From: Patescibacteria group bacterium
GTDB taxonomy: Bacteria; Patescibacteriota; Microgenomatia; Levybacterales; UBA12049
NCBI GenBank assembly: GCA_023484045.1
Contig: JAMDAA010000022.1
Span: forward strand, 4,201 to 68,200
Length of the DNA: 64,000 nucleotides
Direction of reading: 5' to 3'
Shown: in pieces, positions 39,999 through 50,629 of the stretch
Position numbering within the stretch: position 1 is the stretch's first letter
Layout: every line of letters begins with the position of its first letter
Translations under genes and position numbers: made by a program
The notes under the pieces: model-generated
What the model saw: the letters and a program-made list of their open reading frames with translations, nothing else
Told to the model about the DNA's origin: nothing
Database searches by the model: none

Positions 39999-42896
39999 TT
40001 AATCTAAAACACTTTTTAAAAATTGTCCAGTATAGGATTTTTGATTTTTGGCGATTTCCTTTGGGGTTCCGGTCGCAACAACATATCCTCCTTTTTCCCC
40101 GCCTTCCGGTCCGAGGTCGATTATATAATCCGCATTTTTAATCACGTCTAAATTGTGTTCGATCACGATTACTGTGTTTCCGAGATCGACGAGTTTTCGT
40201 AATGTAAAAAGTAATTTCTCGAGATCTGCAAAATGGAGTCCGGTCGTCGGTTCGTCTAGCAGGTAGATCGCGTTTCTTCCTTTTTTCGATAAATTTGCGG
40301 CGAGTTTTACCCTTTGGGCTTCACCGCCCGAAAGTGTCGGTGCCGGTTGACCGAGTTTTATGTAGGAAAGACCAACGTCAGACAAAGTTTGAAGTTTATG
40401 GTAGAGCGCCGGAACGTACGAAAAAAAGCTTAACGCTTCGTTCACGCTCATTTGTAATATTTCGGCGATATTTTTTCCGTTAAATAGCACTTCCAACGCT
40501 TCTTTTGTGTACTGGAGACCGCCACAGGTTTCGCACTTTATGTATACATCAGGTAAAAACTGCATCTCGATTTTTATTTGACCTTCTCCTTCACACGTTT
40601 CACATCTTCCGCCTTTTACGTTAAAAGAAAATCTTCCAGGCTTAAACCCTCGTATTTTTGCTTCTTTAGTACTCGCAAAAAGGTCTCTAATATACGAAAA
40701 AGCTCCCGTATAAGTAATCGGATTACTTCTCGGAGTGCGACCGATCGGAGACTGATCGATTAAAAAAACATTCTTTATTTTTTCGAAGCCGTCGATATTT
40801 TTAAATTTTCCGGGTTTTTCCCGGTGATACGGACTTATTTTTTGCATCAACGAGTGATATAAAATATCGTGAACGAGTGTTGATTTTCCGCTTCCCGACA
40901 CACCCGTTACGACTACAAACTTATTGAGCGGAAATACAACGTCAATATTTTTCAAATTGTGCTGTGATGCACCAAATACAGTTATGGTATCGTATTCTTT
41001 TTGATCATTTTTTCTTAAAAAATCGATTTTTTTAGCGCCGGACAAATATTTTCCAGTCAGAGAATTTGGATTTTTTTTAAGTTCATCGATCGTTCCTTTT
41101 GCGACAATTTTTCCACCCTCAAGGCCTGCGGCCGGACCAAAATCAATAATATAATCTGAGTTTTCCATCATTTCTTTGTCGTGTTCGACAACCAACACGG
41201 TGTTCCCGATATCGCGAAGTTTTTTGAGTGTGTCGATTAATTTTTTATTGTCTTTTTGGTGAAGACCGATCGACGGTTCGTCTAAAACATAGAGTACACC
41301 GGTTAATCCGCTCCCGATCTGGGACGCGAGTCTTATTCTTTGTGCTTCTCCACCCGCGAGCGTCTGCGCGCCTCTGGAAAGCGTTAAATAATCCAAACCC
41401 ACGTCGACTAAAAAGGTTAATCTTTGCCGGATCTCTTTTAGTATTAATTTTCCGATCTCTTTTTCTCTGTTTGATAAAATTTTATCTAGTCCGTTTACGA
41501 ATCCGATGCAGTTATTTATCGGTGAGTCGCAGACATCGACGATCGATTTATTGTCGATCGTTATGGACAGCGCTTCTTTTTTGAGACGCGCGCCGTGACA
41601 ATCGTTACAAACCTCGTACCGCATAAATTTTTCGATTTCGGCTTTTATAAACATCGACTCGGACTCGTTATACCGCTTTTTTAATTCATTAATGATCCCG
41701 TAAAACGGTTCAAAAATTACTGTTTCTCTTCCCCACCGATTTTCCCCGTATACTTCATACTCTTTTTCGCCCGTTCCAAAAAGCAATAATTTCTTTTTAT
41801 CGTCGTGAAATTGCCCGATCCTCAGATTAAGCTGTATTTCGTTTTCAGCGCAGAAAATTTTAAAGGTTCTCGAAAACCACGTGTCTTGCTCAGTCATATT
41901 CGGGAATGGTAAAATTCCGCCTTCTGAAATCGTCAAATTCTTATTTAAAATTAAATCTTCATCAACACTCAAAATCGTTCCCAAACCGTTGCAGGTAGGG
42001 CACGCGCCGTGAGGAGTGTTGAACGAAAAGATTCGCGGTTCGATATCCGACATCGAAATGTTGCATACAGGGCAGGCAAATTTTTCCGAAAACAAGATGT
42101 CTTCTGTGCTTCTGGGTTTCTCGGGAATTTCGAATCCTTTATCTTTTATAATCGATGTGATCATTTCTCCGTTTCCAAATTTTAACGCTTCCTCGACGTC
42201 GCCGGAAATCCTGACTTTATCGGTTTTTTTTGTTAAAACAACAGAATCTACGACGAGATCGATCGAATGTTTGTTTGTTTTTATCAGTACAAACTCGTCT
42301 GTTAATGAAAAAAAATGTCCGTCGATCCGGACTTTTTTATAGCCTCTTTTTTTAAGATCCAAAAAAAGCTCGGAATATTCTCCTTTTCGATCCTTAACCA
42401 AGGGTGCTAGAATTAAAATTTTTATCCCGTACGATGGATAGGTCGTATTTTTAAGTAAGTCTAATATAGAATCTATAATTTGCTCTTTTGATAAATGAGA
42501 GATTTCTTTTCCGCAATTCGGACAATGAGGATGCCCGACTCTCGCAAAAAGTAATCGTAAGTAATCATAAATTTCAGTTACTGTTCCGACGGTCGACCTA
42601 GGATTGTGCGATGTCGATTTTTGATCGATCGAAATCGCAGGTGAAAGCCCTTCGATTAAATCTACATCGGGTTTTTTCATTACACCCAAAAATTGCCGTG
42701 CATAAGACGAAAGGCTTTCCACGTATCTTCTTTGGCCTTCCGCGTAAATCGTGTCGAAAGCGAGCGACGATTTTCCACTGCCCGAAATCCCCGTAAAGAC
42801 AACCAATTTGTTTTTGGGAATCTCAACATCAATGTTTTTTAAATTATGCTCACGCGCGCCTTTTATAATAATTTTATCCATAAAAAAATGAACCAT
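39999..42896 (-). CDS. uvrA: Excinuclease ABC subunit A
   Basis: Two Walker A (GSGKS) motifs, zinc fingers, LSGGEAQR. Confidence 0.98.
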   Translation of the reverse strand: MVHFFMDKIIIKGAREHNLKNIDVEIPKNKLVVFTGISGSGKSSLAFDTIYAEGQRRYVESLSSYARQFLGVMKKPDVDLIEGLSPAISIDQKSTSHNPRSTVGTVTEIYDYLRLLFARVGHPHCPNCGKEISHLSKEQIIDSILDLLKNTTYPSYGIKILILAPLVKDRKGEYSELFLDLKKRGYKKVRIDGHFFSLTDEFVLIKTNKHSIDLVVDSVVLTKKTDKVRISGDVEEALKFGNGEMITSIIKDKGFEIPEKPRSTEDILFSEKFACPVCNISMSDIEPRIFSFNTPHGACPTCNGLGTILSVDEDLILNKNLTISEGGILPFPNMTEQDTWFSRTFKIFCAENEIQLNLRIGQFHDDKKKLLLFGTGEKEYEVYGENRWGRETVIFEPFYGIINELKKRYNESESMFIKAEIEKFMRYEVCNDCHGARLKKEALSITIDNKSIVDVCDSPINNCIGFVNGLDKILSNREKEIGKLILKEIRQRLTFLVDVGLDYLTLSRGAQTLAGGEAQRIRLASQIGSGLTGVLYVLDEPSIGLHQKDNKKLIDTLKKLRDIGNTVLVVEHDKEMMENSDYIIDFGPAAGLEGGKIVAKGTIDELKKNPNSLTGKYLSGAKKIDFLRKNDQKEYDTITVFGASQHNLKNIDVVFPLNKFVVVTGVSGSGKSTLVHDILYHSLMQKISPYHREKPGKFKNIDGFEKIKNVFLIDQSPIGRTPRSNPITYTGAFSYIRDLFASTKEAKIRGFKPGRFSFNVKGGRCETCEGEGQIKIEMQFLPDVYIKCETCGGLQYTKEALEVLFNGKNIAEILQMSVNEALSFFSYVPALYHKLQTLSDVGLSYIKLGQPAPTLSGGEAQRVKLAANLSKKGRNAIYLLDEPTTGLHFADLEKLLFTLRKLVDLGNTVIVIEHNLDVIKNADYIIDLGPEGGEKGGYVVATGTPKEIAKNQKSYTGQFLKSVLD

Positions 42897-42993
42897 TAAT
42901 TATAATCGATATTTTTTAATCAAGCAACCCTCCCATAGAATTATCCAATTTTTAAAGTATTTGACAAAAGATTTTTTGTGATATAATACGCAA

Positions 42994-43665
42994 ATGGCAA
43001 AAGGTTCTGTAAAAAAATCAACTCAAAAAACATCGGTTTTAACAACACAAAAATCTCCTGAAGAAAATAAATCTTTTTTTAAGAAAGTAACGAGCAATAA
43101 AGTCATTTTAATTTTAGGTATTTTAATCATTATCGCGATCATATACTTAAAAAAGGATTTATTTATCGTCGCAACTGTAAACGGGCAACCGATTAGCAGA
43201 TTATCAGTAATAAACGAACTCGAAGGACAAGCCGGAAAACAAGTTTTAGACCAGCTCGTAACAAAATCGCTTATCCTTCAGGAAGCTAAAAAACAAAACG
43301 TGAATATCTCTCAAAAAGATATCGATTCTGAAATCGAAAAAGTAAAAAAAGAATTAGAAAAAAACGGTCAGTCGCTTGATCAATTGATGCAGTTTCAGAA
43401 TTTAACGAAAGAAAAACTCAATGAGCAAATAAAAATTCAGCTTATTATCGATCGTATTTTGGGAAAAAATATTACTGTTACAGACAAGGAAGTTAATGAT
43501 TATCTCGAGAAAAACAAAGACGTTTTAGATAAAAACAAAAGTCAGGACGAGTTAAAAGTAGGGATCAAAGATCAGATAAAACAGCAAAAATTATCTGACG
43601 AATTTAAAGCGTGGGTTACGCAACTTCAAACTAAAGCAAAAATCAACTACTACGTAAAGTTCTAA
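42994..43665 (+). CDS. SurA N-terminal/PrsA-like foldase
   Basis: TM segment, VATVNGQPI, LILQEAKK, KAKI. Confidence 0.8.
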   Translation: MAKGSVKKSTQKTSVLTTQKSPEENKSFFKKVTSNKVILILGILIIIAIIYLKKDLFIVATVNGQPISRLSVINELEGQAGKQVLDQLVTKSLILQEAKKQNVNISQKDIDSEIEKVKKELEKNGQSLDQLMQFQNLTKEKLNEQIKIQLIIDRILGKNITVTDKEVNDYLEKNKDVLDKNKSQDELKVGIKDQIKQQKLSDEFKAWVTQLQTKAKINYYVKF

Positions 43666-44014
43666 TCCTCAATTTTCTTTTCAGTGAGTCGGATCTTCGC
43701 TGCGGCTCCGAGATTCGAGACGGATCTCTCTTGGTCATTAAAAAATCCTCCAGAACTAAAATTCAGAGGATTTTTCAGTAAACCCAACGATACCTTGCAC
43801 AGACTGCGCGAATTCGTTGAAACCTTTCTTTCTATGAAGATTTTACCAGATTTAATATGGTGGCTGCAGCCAGAATTGGCCTCAAAAATGCCCGAGAGAA
43901 AAACATAACTCACTTTTGCTCCCTTGTTGTCTCTTTTAAATCTTGTTTATAAACCGATTTTTAATCCCAAATCATGTACAATAACAATTGTTAACTACTT
44001 TTATTTAGGATAAA

Positions 44015-44197
44015 ATGAAGCGGTCGAAACTTCTTACAATTAACCAAGTTGCAAAAATACTAGGGGTTATGTCACCAACTCTTAGACGTTGGGATAGAGA
44101 TGGTAAATTAAAAGCAATTAGGGTAGGAAATAAAAAAGGCGTTGGTGAAAGAAAATATCGCAGGGAAGATATTATTAAGTTTATAACGAAATCCTAA
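44015..44197 (+). CDS. MerR-like/excisionase-type HTH protein
   Basis: LLTINQVAKILGV..TLRRWD..G..RKYR. Confidence 0.8.
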   Translation: MKRSKLLTINQVAKILGVMSPTLRRWDRDGKLKAIRVGNKKGVGERKYRREDIIKFITKS

Positions 44198-44286
44198 ACA
44201 TATTCATTGTATATAATTGATAAAAATAGTATGTATAACTCATTTTTATACGAAAAAATGTTGACTATTGACATATAGATTATTTT

Positions 44287-45516
44287 TTGATACTATCTAA
44301 GCAAATGATTCACTCTTTTACTTGCAAAAACTTTTATTCATTCCCTAAGAAAACAACCATTAGCTTTGTTGTTAATGAAAATGCTCCTGATAATAATGGA
44401 TATCTTAAAACTCCTTCAGGGGTGCGCCTTTCTAAGGCAGAAATTGTCATTGGTTCTAACGCTTCAGGGAAAACCAATCTTCTTAAAATAGTGCCGTTTT
44501 TAAAATGGATTATCCTTGACTCGTTTAACATAAATCCATCAGCACCCATACCGGTACAACCATTTATGTTTAGTGATTTAAAAAACAAACCAACAGAACT
44601 TTCTGTGGAGTTTGAAATTGATGGTAATATCTATCTGTACGAATTTGTTCTGAATAGCAAGAGAATCATATCGGAAAACCTTAAAGTTAAAAATAAAACT
44701 AAGAAACGTGTTACTTATAAAATGCTTTTTTCTCGAAATTGGGACGAAGAAAGCGAAAAATATAACTTTGAAGGCAAAAATTTCGATTTACCAAAAGGGT
44801 TTGAAAATTTACTTCGTTCAAATGCGAGTGTTATTGGTTCTGCTTCGCGATTGAACCATAAAGAAAGTCAAGAAATTGCAAAATATTGGCAACAAGTAGA
44901 GACAAATGTTATTGAAGCTGGTTGGATAGGCGATCATTTATTACTTAATGCGACTCAACAATTGCCAGAGGTATTTAACTTCTATAGCGAAAATGAGTCG
45001 TTAAAGAAGGAAGCTGAAAAGCTATTATCCCGTTTTGACCTGGGTTTAGCAGGATTTGAGATAGAAAAACAAAAACAGGAAAACGGTTTTTTACTTAATA
45101 TAAAGGCTACGCATTTATTGAATGGGCAAAAGCATTATCTTCCTGTTCAATATGAATCTTCGGGTACAAAACAGCTTTTTGTGCTTTTAAAGACAATTCT
45201 GCAGGTTTTAACTAAAGGTGGCGTAGCAATATTGGATGAGTTTGATGTTAATTTGCACCCGGAAATGGTTCTATCGCTTTTTGAATTATTTATTCAACCT
45301 GAAACCAATCCTAAAAATGCCCAAATATTATTTAGCACCCATAGCCACCTAGTCTTAAGCAAGCTAGACAAGTACCAGATAATTCTAACTGAAAAAAATG
45401 ATGATGGTGCAAGTGAATCCTGGCGTTTAGATGAAATGTCTGGAGTTCGTGCAGACGATAATTATTACTCAAAATATATTGCTGGTGCATATGGAGCCAT
45501 CCCAAAAATTAATTAA
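44287..45516 (+). CDS. AAA_21 ATPase (RloA/AbiLi-like)
   Basis: GSNASGKTN, ESSGT, LDEFD..LHP, QILFSTH, GAYGAIP. Confidence 0.85.
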   Translation: MILSKQMIHSFTCKNFYSFPKKTTISFVVNENAPDNNGYLKTPSGVRLSKAEIVIGSNASGKTNLLKIVPFLKWIILDSFNINPSAPIPVQPFMFSDLKNKPTELSVEFEIDGNIYLYEFVLNSKRIISENLKVKNKTKKRVTYKMLFSRNWDEESEKYNFEGKNFDLPKGFENLLRSNASVIGSASRLNHKESQEIAKYWQQVETNVIEAGWIGDHLLLNATQQLPEVFNFYSENESLKKEAEKLLSRFDLGLAGFEIEKQKQENGFLLNIKATHLLNGQKHYLPVQYESSGTKQLFVLLKTILQVLTKGGVAILDEFDVNLHPEMVLSLFELFIQPETNPKNAQILFSTHSHLVLSKLDKYQIILTEKNDDGASESWRLDEMSGVRADDNYYSKYIAGAYGAIPKIN

Positions 45517-45527
45517 ATGGAAATACT

Positions 45528-46064
45528 ATGTCGAGAACAAATCCTTACAAGAAAAAAAGACGCTCGGCAAACAAGACAATTCTTATTTACAGTGAGGGAT
45601 TACATGAAGAAGTTTTCCTAAAGCACCTAAGAGGTTTATACTCCCAGAACAAAAATGTTGCAATTACTGTCAAAAAAGGTAAAGGCGGAACTGCTGATTC
45701 TCTTGTAATTCAGGCGAATAAAACATTAGGCGCCTTTGATAGAAGAGTCGTGGTATTAGATAACGATAAAAACAAATCCGAAATGCAAAAAGCTAGGCAA
45801 GAAGCAGAAAATAGAAAAATTGAATTATTCGAACATACACCTTGCCTTGAAGCGGTACTATTATCCATATTACGCAAAGGACAAAACTTCAAACAGAAAA
45901 GTTCCAGTTGGTGTAAACAAGAATTTGAATCAAAATATATTGATAGAAAAAAGAGAGGTGAAGTAGACGAATATGTAAAGCTTTTTCCTACGAGTCTACT
46001 GAATAAAGAAATTTCGAAAGTTGCCGAGTTAAAAAGGTTGATTTCTCTTATGCTTGGGGAGTGA
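45528..46064 (+). CDS. RloB-family (AbiLii-like) protein
   Basis: EG..E, VLDND, PCLE motifs; follows the AAA_21 ATPase. Confidence 0.8.
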   Translation: MSRTNPYKKKRRSANKTILIYSEGLHEEVFLKHLRGLYSQNKNVAITVKKGKGGTADSLVIQANKTLGAFDRRVVVLDNDKNKSEMQKARQEAENRKIELFEHTPCLEAVLLSILRKGQNFKQKSSSWCKQEFESKYIDRKKRGEVDEYVKLFPTSLLNKEISKVAELKRLISLMLGE

Positions 46065-46114
46065 TTAGAAAGCTAAGTCTTCGATCCTTGTGGCCAAGAT
46101 GAATCACCAAATAA

Positions 46115-46190
46115 GTTTACCCTGAGCGAAGCCGAAGGGCTCCCTAACAGTAAGAGCCTGTCCTGAGCGAACGAAGTGAGTCGAAGGATA
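46115..46190. repeat. REP-like pair (CCTGAGC..CGAAGG)
   Basis: ccctgagcgaagccgaaggg and tcctgagcgaacgaagtgagtcgaagga. Confidence 0.75.
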
Positions 46191-46285
46191 CTTTCACCAC
46201 AAGGATCATTCGGTAAATTGAGTATACCATAAATTTATTCCACCAAAAATTTGTGTTTATCCTATAAGGGTGATAAAATCCCTGC

Positions 46286-47428
46286 ATGAGTTTAGAAACA
46301 CAACCAGTTAGGTACGAAGATAGAGTTGCAACAGTTGTTGGTGGGCGTGGGCAACTAGGAAGCCGAATCGTCAAAGGTATTGATGGATTGGGCTTTAAAG
46401 AAGTAAGGGTTTGTGAAAAGGGAGATCCTTTTACTGATTTTATAAGATTGTCAACAGATCTATTTTTTGCTGTTGATGCAGATCAGGCAAAAGATATGCT
46501 TCACTCAACGCGCGATCTATTGCAGCCACAACATTCTATTCTTGATGGTTCAAGCGTGAAATCACCTTTAATTTCTCTTTATCGAGAATTAGATAATATT
46601 GGCATTAGCGTCTGTTCTACACATTTAGGAGCTGTTCCTGCTCAACCTTGGCGAGGAGTAAAAGTATGGGTTTGTGAAGTTGGCCAAAACTCAGAAAATG
46701 CTAAAAGACTAGCTGTAGATTTATTTTTAGCCAAGAACACATCAATCCAGCAAATCGATATTGAGGATCATCAGAAAGTAGAACAAGATCAATGGTTTAC
46801 TTTTGCTGTTATGCATATTTTTGCTGCAGCTCTGCGAAAATACGGGCTTCCTTTAGAAAGATTTAATGCTTTTGCGACTCTCAATGCAGAACTTGCGACA
46901 CTCCCTTTAGGCCGAACTCTTGGCCAAGGAACAGTTGTTCCATCGGAAGTTTTGCACAGTCAACCCCGAAAGAAAGAGTTTTTTGATGAAATCAGCGCAG
47001 CCTTAGAAGAGTTAAGAGGAAGTTTAGATGATAGAGAAAAGTTACAAGAATTTATGGGACGGAATATTGAATTTCATAATAATCCTACAGGAGTTGTAAA
47101 TTCGGTGTTTAAGAAAGCAGGTATTGTGGGAGCACGAAATGCCAATCTTCGTATGTATGCTTTTAGTTTCCGCACAACTGACGATAGACCAGGAAAACTA
47201 CGGGAGCTGCTTCGTCCATTTTATAATGAGGGTACTAATCTTACTGCAATTGATTCAATGCCTGGAGTAATTACACCTGATGAAGAGCAGCGGGGAGTAA
47301 ACTCAGACAATATTGTGGATTTTGACATAGGTATCGATCCTAAAACAATCAACCCTCAAAAGGCAGAAAGAATAAAGGAAAGATTAAGAGAAATGGGATG
47401 TGTAATTGATAACAGACAAATAATTTAA
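46286..47428 (+). CDS. Prephenate dehydrogenase-like protein with C-terminal ACT domain
   Basis: VVGGRGQLG, DGSSVK, DRPGKL. Confidence 0.65.
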   Translation: MSLETQPVRYEDRVATVVGGRGQLGSRIVKGIDGLGFKEVRVCEKGDPFTDFIRLSTDLFFAVDADQAKDMLHSTRDLLQPQHSILDGSSVKSPLISLYRELDNIGISVCSTHLGAVPAQPWRGVKVWVCEVGQNSENAKRLAVDLFLAKNTSIQQIDIEDHQKVEQDQWFTFAVMHIFAAALRKYGLPLERFNAFATLNAELATLPLGRTLGQGTVVPSEVLHSQPRKKEFFDEISAALEELRGSLDDREKLQEFMGRNIEFHNNPTGVVNSVFKKAGIVGARNANLRMYAFSFRTTDDRPGKLRELLRPFYNEGTNLTAIDSMPGVITPDEEQRGVNSDNIVDFDIGIDPKTINPQKAERIKERLREMGCVIDNRQII

Positions 47429-47480
47429 CTTATTTTTAGCTCGCTATATCAACCTAATCCCCAGTCTATTTTACAACTAT

Positions 47481-47500
47481 CTGGTGAGCCGGACAGGATT
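47481..47500 (-). repeat. Displaced 3' end of tRNA-Lys(TTT) including CCA
   Basis: ctggtgagccggacaggatt identical to 56109-56128. Confidence 0.92.
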
Positions 47501-47846
47501 GCACTCCGCTAAAGCTTCGAGCAACTAGTTTTCCTGTTCGATATCTTTCTCTAAAGCTACATTTCTAGATTCAAAAATCTTTTCTTCATAAATGCGATGC
47601 CTGATCCTGTTTTAAGGTATCGTTCAAATGCCAATGCTTGCCTTTTTGTTTTAAACGCACAATGCCATTCAAGTTGATAATTCAAGTTTGATTTAGTAGA
47701 AAGAACTTTACCTGTCGAGTGTTTTTTTAGACGATTTTTTAAATCAGGGGTATATCCAACATAGTATCTGTTAGTGATGTTATTTCTTAAAATGTAAGTA
47801 TAATACATTTTAGACAGCTTGCTATCTGTAGCTTTAGCGAAAGATA
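47501..47846 (-). mobile_element. GIY-YIG mini-cassette at the tRNA-Lys 3' end
   Basis: 20-bp inverted repeats 47542-47561 / 47827-47846 enclose the gene; bounded by the tRNA duplication. Confidence 0.75.
47557..47808 (-). CDS. Stand-alone GIY-YIG nuclease
   Basis: YTYIL..YYVGYT..RLKKH..FERYLK. Confidence 0.92.
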   Translation of the reverse strand: MYYTYILRNNITNRYYVGYTPDLKNRLKKHSTGKVLSTKSNLNYQLEWHCAFKTKRQALAFERYLKTGSGIAFMKKRFLNLEM

Positions 47847-48753
47847 GTGAACGTTTACGAAAAAATTCGAACCTATTTTAAAAATTAATTACGTCTTGCG
47901 TCAGCTCCTCGCTCGTCCGGCTTCGCCGTCCTCGCTTCGTCGCTATTTCGCTTTCGGCGCGGCGCCCCCACCCGCCGCGCCTCCGCTCATTTTTTGCGCG
48001 CGCGATTTTCGGGAACTTCGTTCCCCTATAATACCACAAACTGAATCGGCCAAAATGGTGGAAATTGGCCGATTCCAAGTACAAAAACTTCCGGTTCCAC
48101 CACTTTTTTGGTTCTCGCCAAGCCAAACGAAAGAACGAACTGAAGATTTTTCCGGCGGTTCCCGCCGGTTTTTTTGTTTCGCCCCTTCCAAACACTTTAC
48201 TATTGTAGAAGAGTACAAGAGTAGAAGATTAAAGTAGAGGTTATCAAATTTCTATCAACCCACCCACCCGACTGAAATTGTTGGCGGCGACCCCATTCAT
48301 CGCGCGCTGGGCGCCCTAGGGGGCGCCTGCGACAACGGTTTTACTTTTCTAAGAGTTCCTACAGCGCGTCCCTCGCCCCGCTGCGGCGGGGCTTGTCTTT
48401 AGTTTTGACTTTTAAGGCTCGCGCGTTCTGGGGTGTCCGCTTTTCGCCCCCGCCTTCTTTATTTGACCCCTTCCTGCTATTCAGGGCTCGGGTTCACGCT
48501 TAAGGAAATAAACTTTAGAACCCTCGCTCCTGATCCCAATGGCTCGCCCCGCGTTTTCTTTCCCTTAAAGATTATCAAGCGGGGCTCGCGTTAGTCGGGA
48601 ACGCTCGTTAAAGTAAGTGGTAACTCGAAGGGTTTTCTGTCGCGTTCCCTCCTTTTTAGCTGGGTGCTATTGAGGGGGCGGGGGCGGCGGAGCCGCCAAC
48701 AACAAAATGAAAAAAAAAGATTTTCTTGTCCCATTTTGATACACTGTTAATAT

Positions 48754-49911
48754 ATGGCTGATGATATTCCCCAAGATCAGACACAAACAACGGAGACAAC
48801 AAGCCCAACAGTTCCACCAACTGACCAACCGCCAGTGGAAACTTCACCAGTGCAACCAACATCAGAACAATCATCAACAAATACAGTTTCTTCAGAAACT
48901 CTAAATATTCCTAATCCTGAACCAGTTGCTCCCGCAACTCCCGAACCACAAACACAACCCGCCGAAGCTAAAACAGAAACTCCTGCACAAATAGAAACAC
49001 AACCGCCTGTTTCTCCTCCTGTTTTTGATATTCCGGCATTACATTTTCCGTTCTCCGGTAATTTTCCAGTGACTTTTTCTTGTGGTCAGCAATCAGATAA
49101 CGAAGAAATCAAAAAGAAATTTCAGGAGTGGGGAATTGTTGGCCACAATGGTTTAGATTTTGGATTAACTTCTGGAACCGAAGTTTATCCATGTGATTCT
49201 GGAAAAGTTGTCCAGTCAGGAGATAACGGCGATTTTGGAACATCAATCACTATTCAACATTCGTGGGGACAATCAATTTACGGACATCTTCAAGAAACTA
49301 GAGTCAAAGAAGGCGACGAAATTCAAGTCAACAACGTAATTGGTCTTTCCGGTTCTTCCGGTGCCGCATTTGGTGATCATCTGCATTTTGCCATCAAACC
49401 AAACAATCCTGATTTAAATAATGGTTATCTTGGTTTTATCGACCCTGCGCCTTATTTATCTTTACCATCTCAAAAAGAAGAAACAACCGAAACACCACCA
49501 ATTCAAACCCCACCCGTTGAAGAACAAATGCCGCTGGAAGAAATTAAACCACCGGAACCAGTTATTCATCAAGAAGAGCCGACAATTAACATTGAGCCGG
49601 AAAAACCAGCAGAACAATCCCAAATTCCTCAACCGAGCAATGAAGAAATTCAAAAACAAGTGGATGAAAAACTAAAAACAGAGTTAGATGCCAGAAGATT
49701 AAAAGCTAATCAGGCCAGACAAACAAAGAGAGAAGAAAATTTAATGAAGATTGAAAAACTAATCGAGGAGAAAAAACTAATTAACAATGACGATGTACGA
49801 GAACTTCTTCATGTTTCCCAATCTACAGCCACTAATTACTTAGAGGATTTAGTAAAACGAGGAACAATTAAACTCAATGGCAAGGGTAAAGCAACGATTT
49901 ACAGTTATTAA
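48754..49911 (+). CDS. M23 peptidase with Pro/Glu/Gln-rich linkers and C-terminal winged HTH
   Basis: HNGLDF, YGHL, HLHF; VRELLHVSQSTATNYLEDLVKRG. Confidence 0.85.
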   Translation: MADDIPQDQTQTTETTSPTVPPTDQPPVETSPVQPTSEQSSTNTVSSETLNIPNPEPVAPATPEPQTQPAEAKTETPAQIETQPPVSPPVFDIPALHFPFSGNFPVTFSCGQQSDNEEIKKKFQEWGIVGHNGLDFGLTSGTEVYPCDSGKVVQSGDNGDFGTSITIQHSWGQSIYGHLQETRVKEGDEIQVNNVIGLSGSSGAAFGDHLHFAIKPNNPDLNNGYLGFIDPAPYLSLPSQKEETTETPPIQTPPVEEQMPLEEIKPPEPVIHQEEPTINIEPEKPAEQSQIPQPSNEEIQKQVDEKLKTELDARRLKANQARQTKREENLMKIEKLIEEKKLINNDDVRELLHVSQSTATNYLEDLVKRGTIKLNGKGKATIYSY

Positions 49912-49963
49912 CCCAACATTCAACAACAACAAATATACTCAAGTAATATTTCTATCCAATTAT

Positions 49964-50314
49964 TTATTTTGTTGCTGTGGGTGCCGGATTTGTTGCGGTT
50001 GTTGGTTCAGAGATCGTTTTAGCGACTACTCCGACATTAAACATTTGAGGAAATCTTAATCTGTAAAGGCTCTCCAGAAAATCGGTTCCGGCATAACCTG
50101 CAAGTAAAGATATTCGCCAATCACCATCAGCAATTAATCCTGAAACCACGCCAACAATACCGGAAACCAACATTGTTACCCCAAAATATTGCCAGTGAAT
50201 CTTAAACTCATCAGGGTTTTGAGTTTGTTTTAGTATTCCTACTAATCCGCGAACTAATCCTCCGGCCAGTCCAGTTACTAAATGATAAATTTGAAATTCA
50301 AGTTGTAATTGCAT
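49964..50314 (-). CDS. Small holin-like membrane protein
   Basis: Gly-rich TM helices, LAGYAGTDFLE. Confidence 0.55.
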   Translation of the reverse strand: MQLQLEFQIYHLVTGLAGGLVRGLVGILKQTQNPDEFKIHWQYFGVTMLVSGIVGVVSGLIADGDWRISLLAGYAGTDFLESLYRLRFPQMFNVGVVAKTISEPTTATNPAPTATK

Positions 50315-50628
50315 TAAGTTTTAGTCACCTCCTTAGATTTTTGTGCTTTTGTACTATTCTGCAAGAGTGCAAACCCACCTTTGCCAAACTTTATTACTTG
50401 ACCAATTTTTGAAATAGTTGAAGTGCTAACTGGAATTTCAGCGGCAATTTCTTCGTATGTTTTGCCTTCCAAAATTAGCTTTGCTATTTTTAGCCTTTGG
50501 GCAAAATCAAGTGTTTTCTCCGGTGAAAACAAGTCTTCGATAAAGATAGTTAAATTCTTTTTGGTTTTGATTTTGAAAAAAGAATTAATAACCAATTGAG
50601 TATCTTTGTTTAGATTTATTTTGTCCAT
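50314..50628 (-). CDS. TrpR-like (YerC/YecD) protein
   Basis: EDLFS..AQRLKIAKL..TYEEI..STSTISK. Confidence 0.85.
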   Translation of the reverse strand: MDKINLNKDTQLVINSFFKIKTKKNLTIFIEDLFSPEKTLDFAQRLKIAKLILEGKTYEEIAAEIPVSTSTISKIGQVIKFGKGGFALLQNSTKAQKSKEVTKT

Positions 50629-50629
50629 A

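Noticed and set aside
43662-43913. Overlapping short ORFs on both strands
   Set aside because: No recognisable domain; probably island-edge debris
47878-48237. Three overlapping ORFs at the element's left end
   Set aside because: Produced by GC-rich repeat DNA; no coding features
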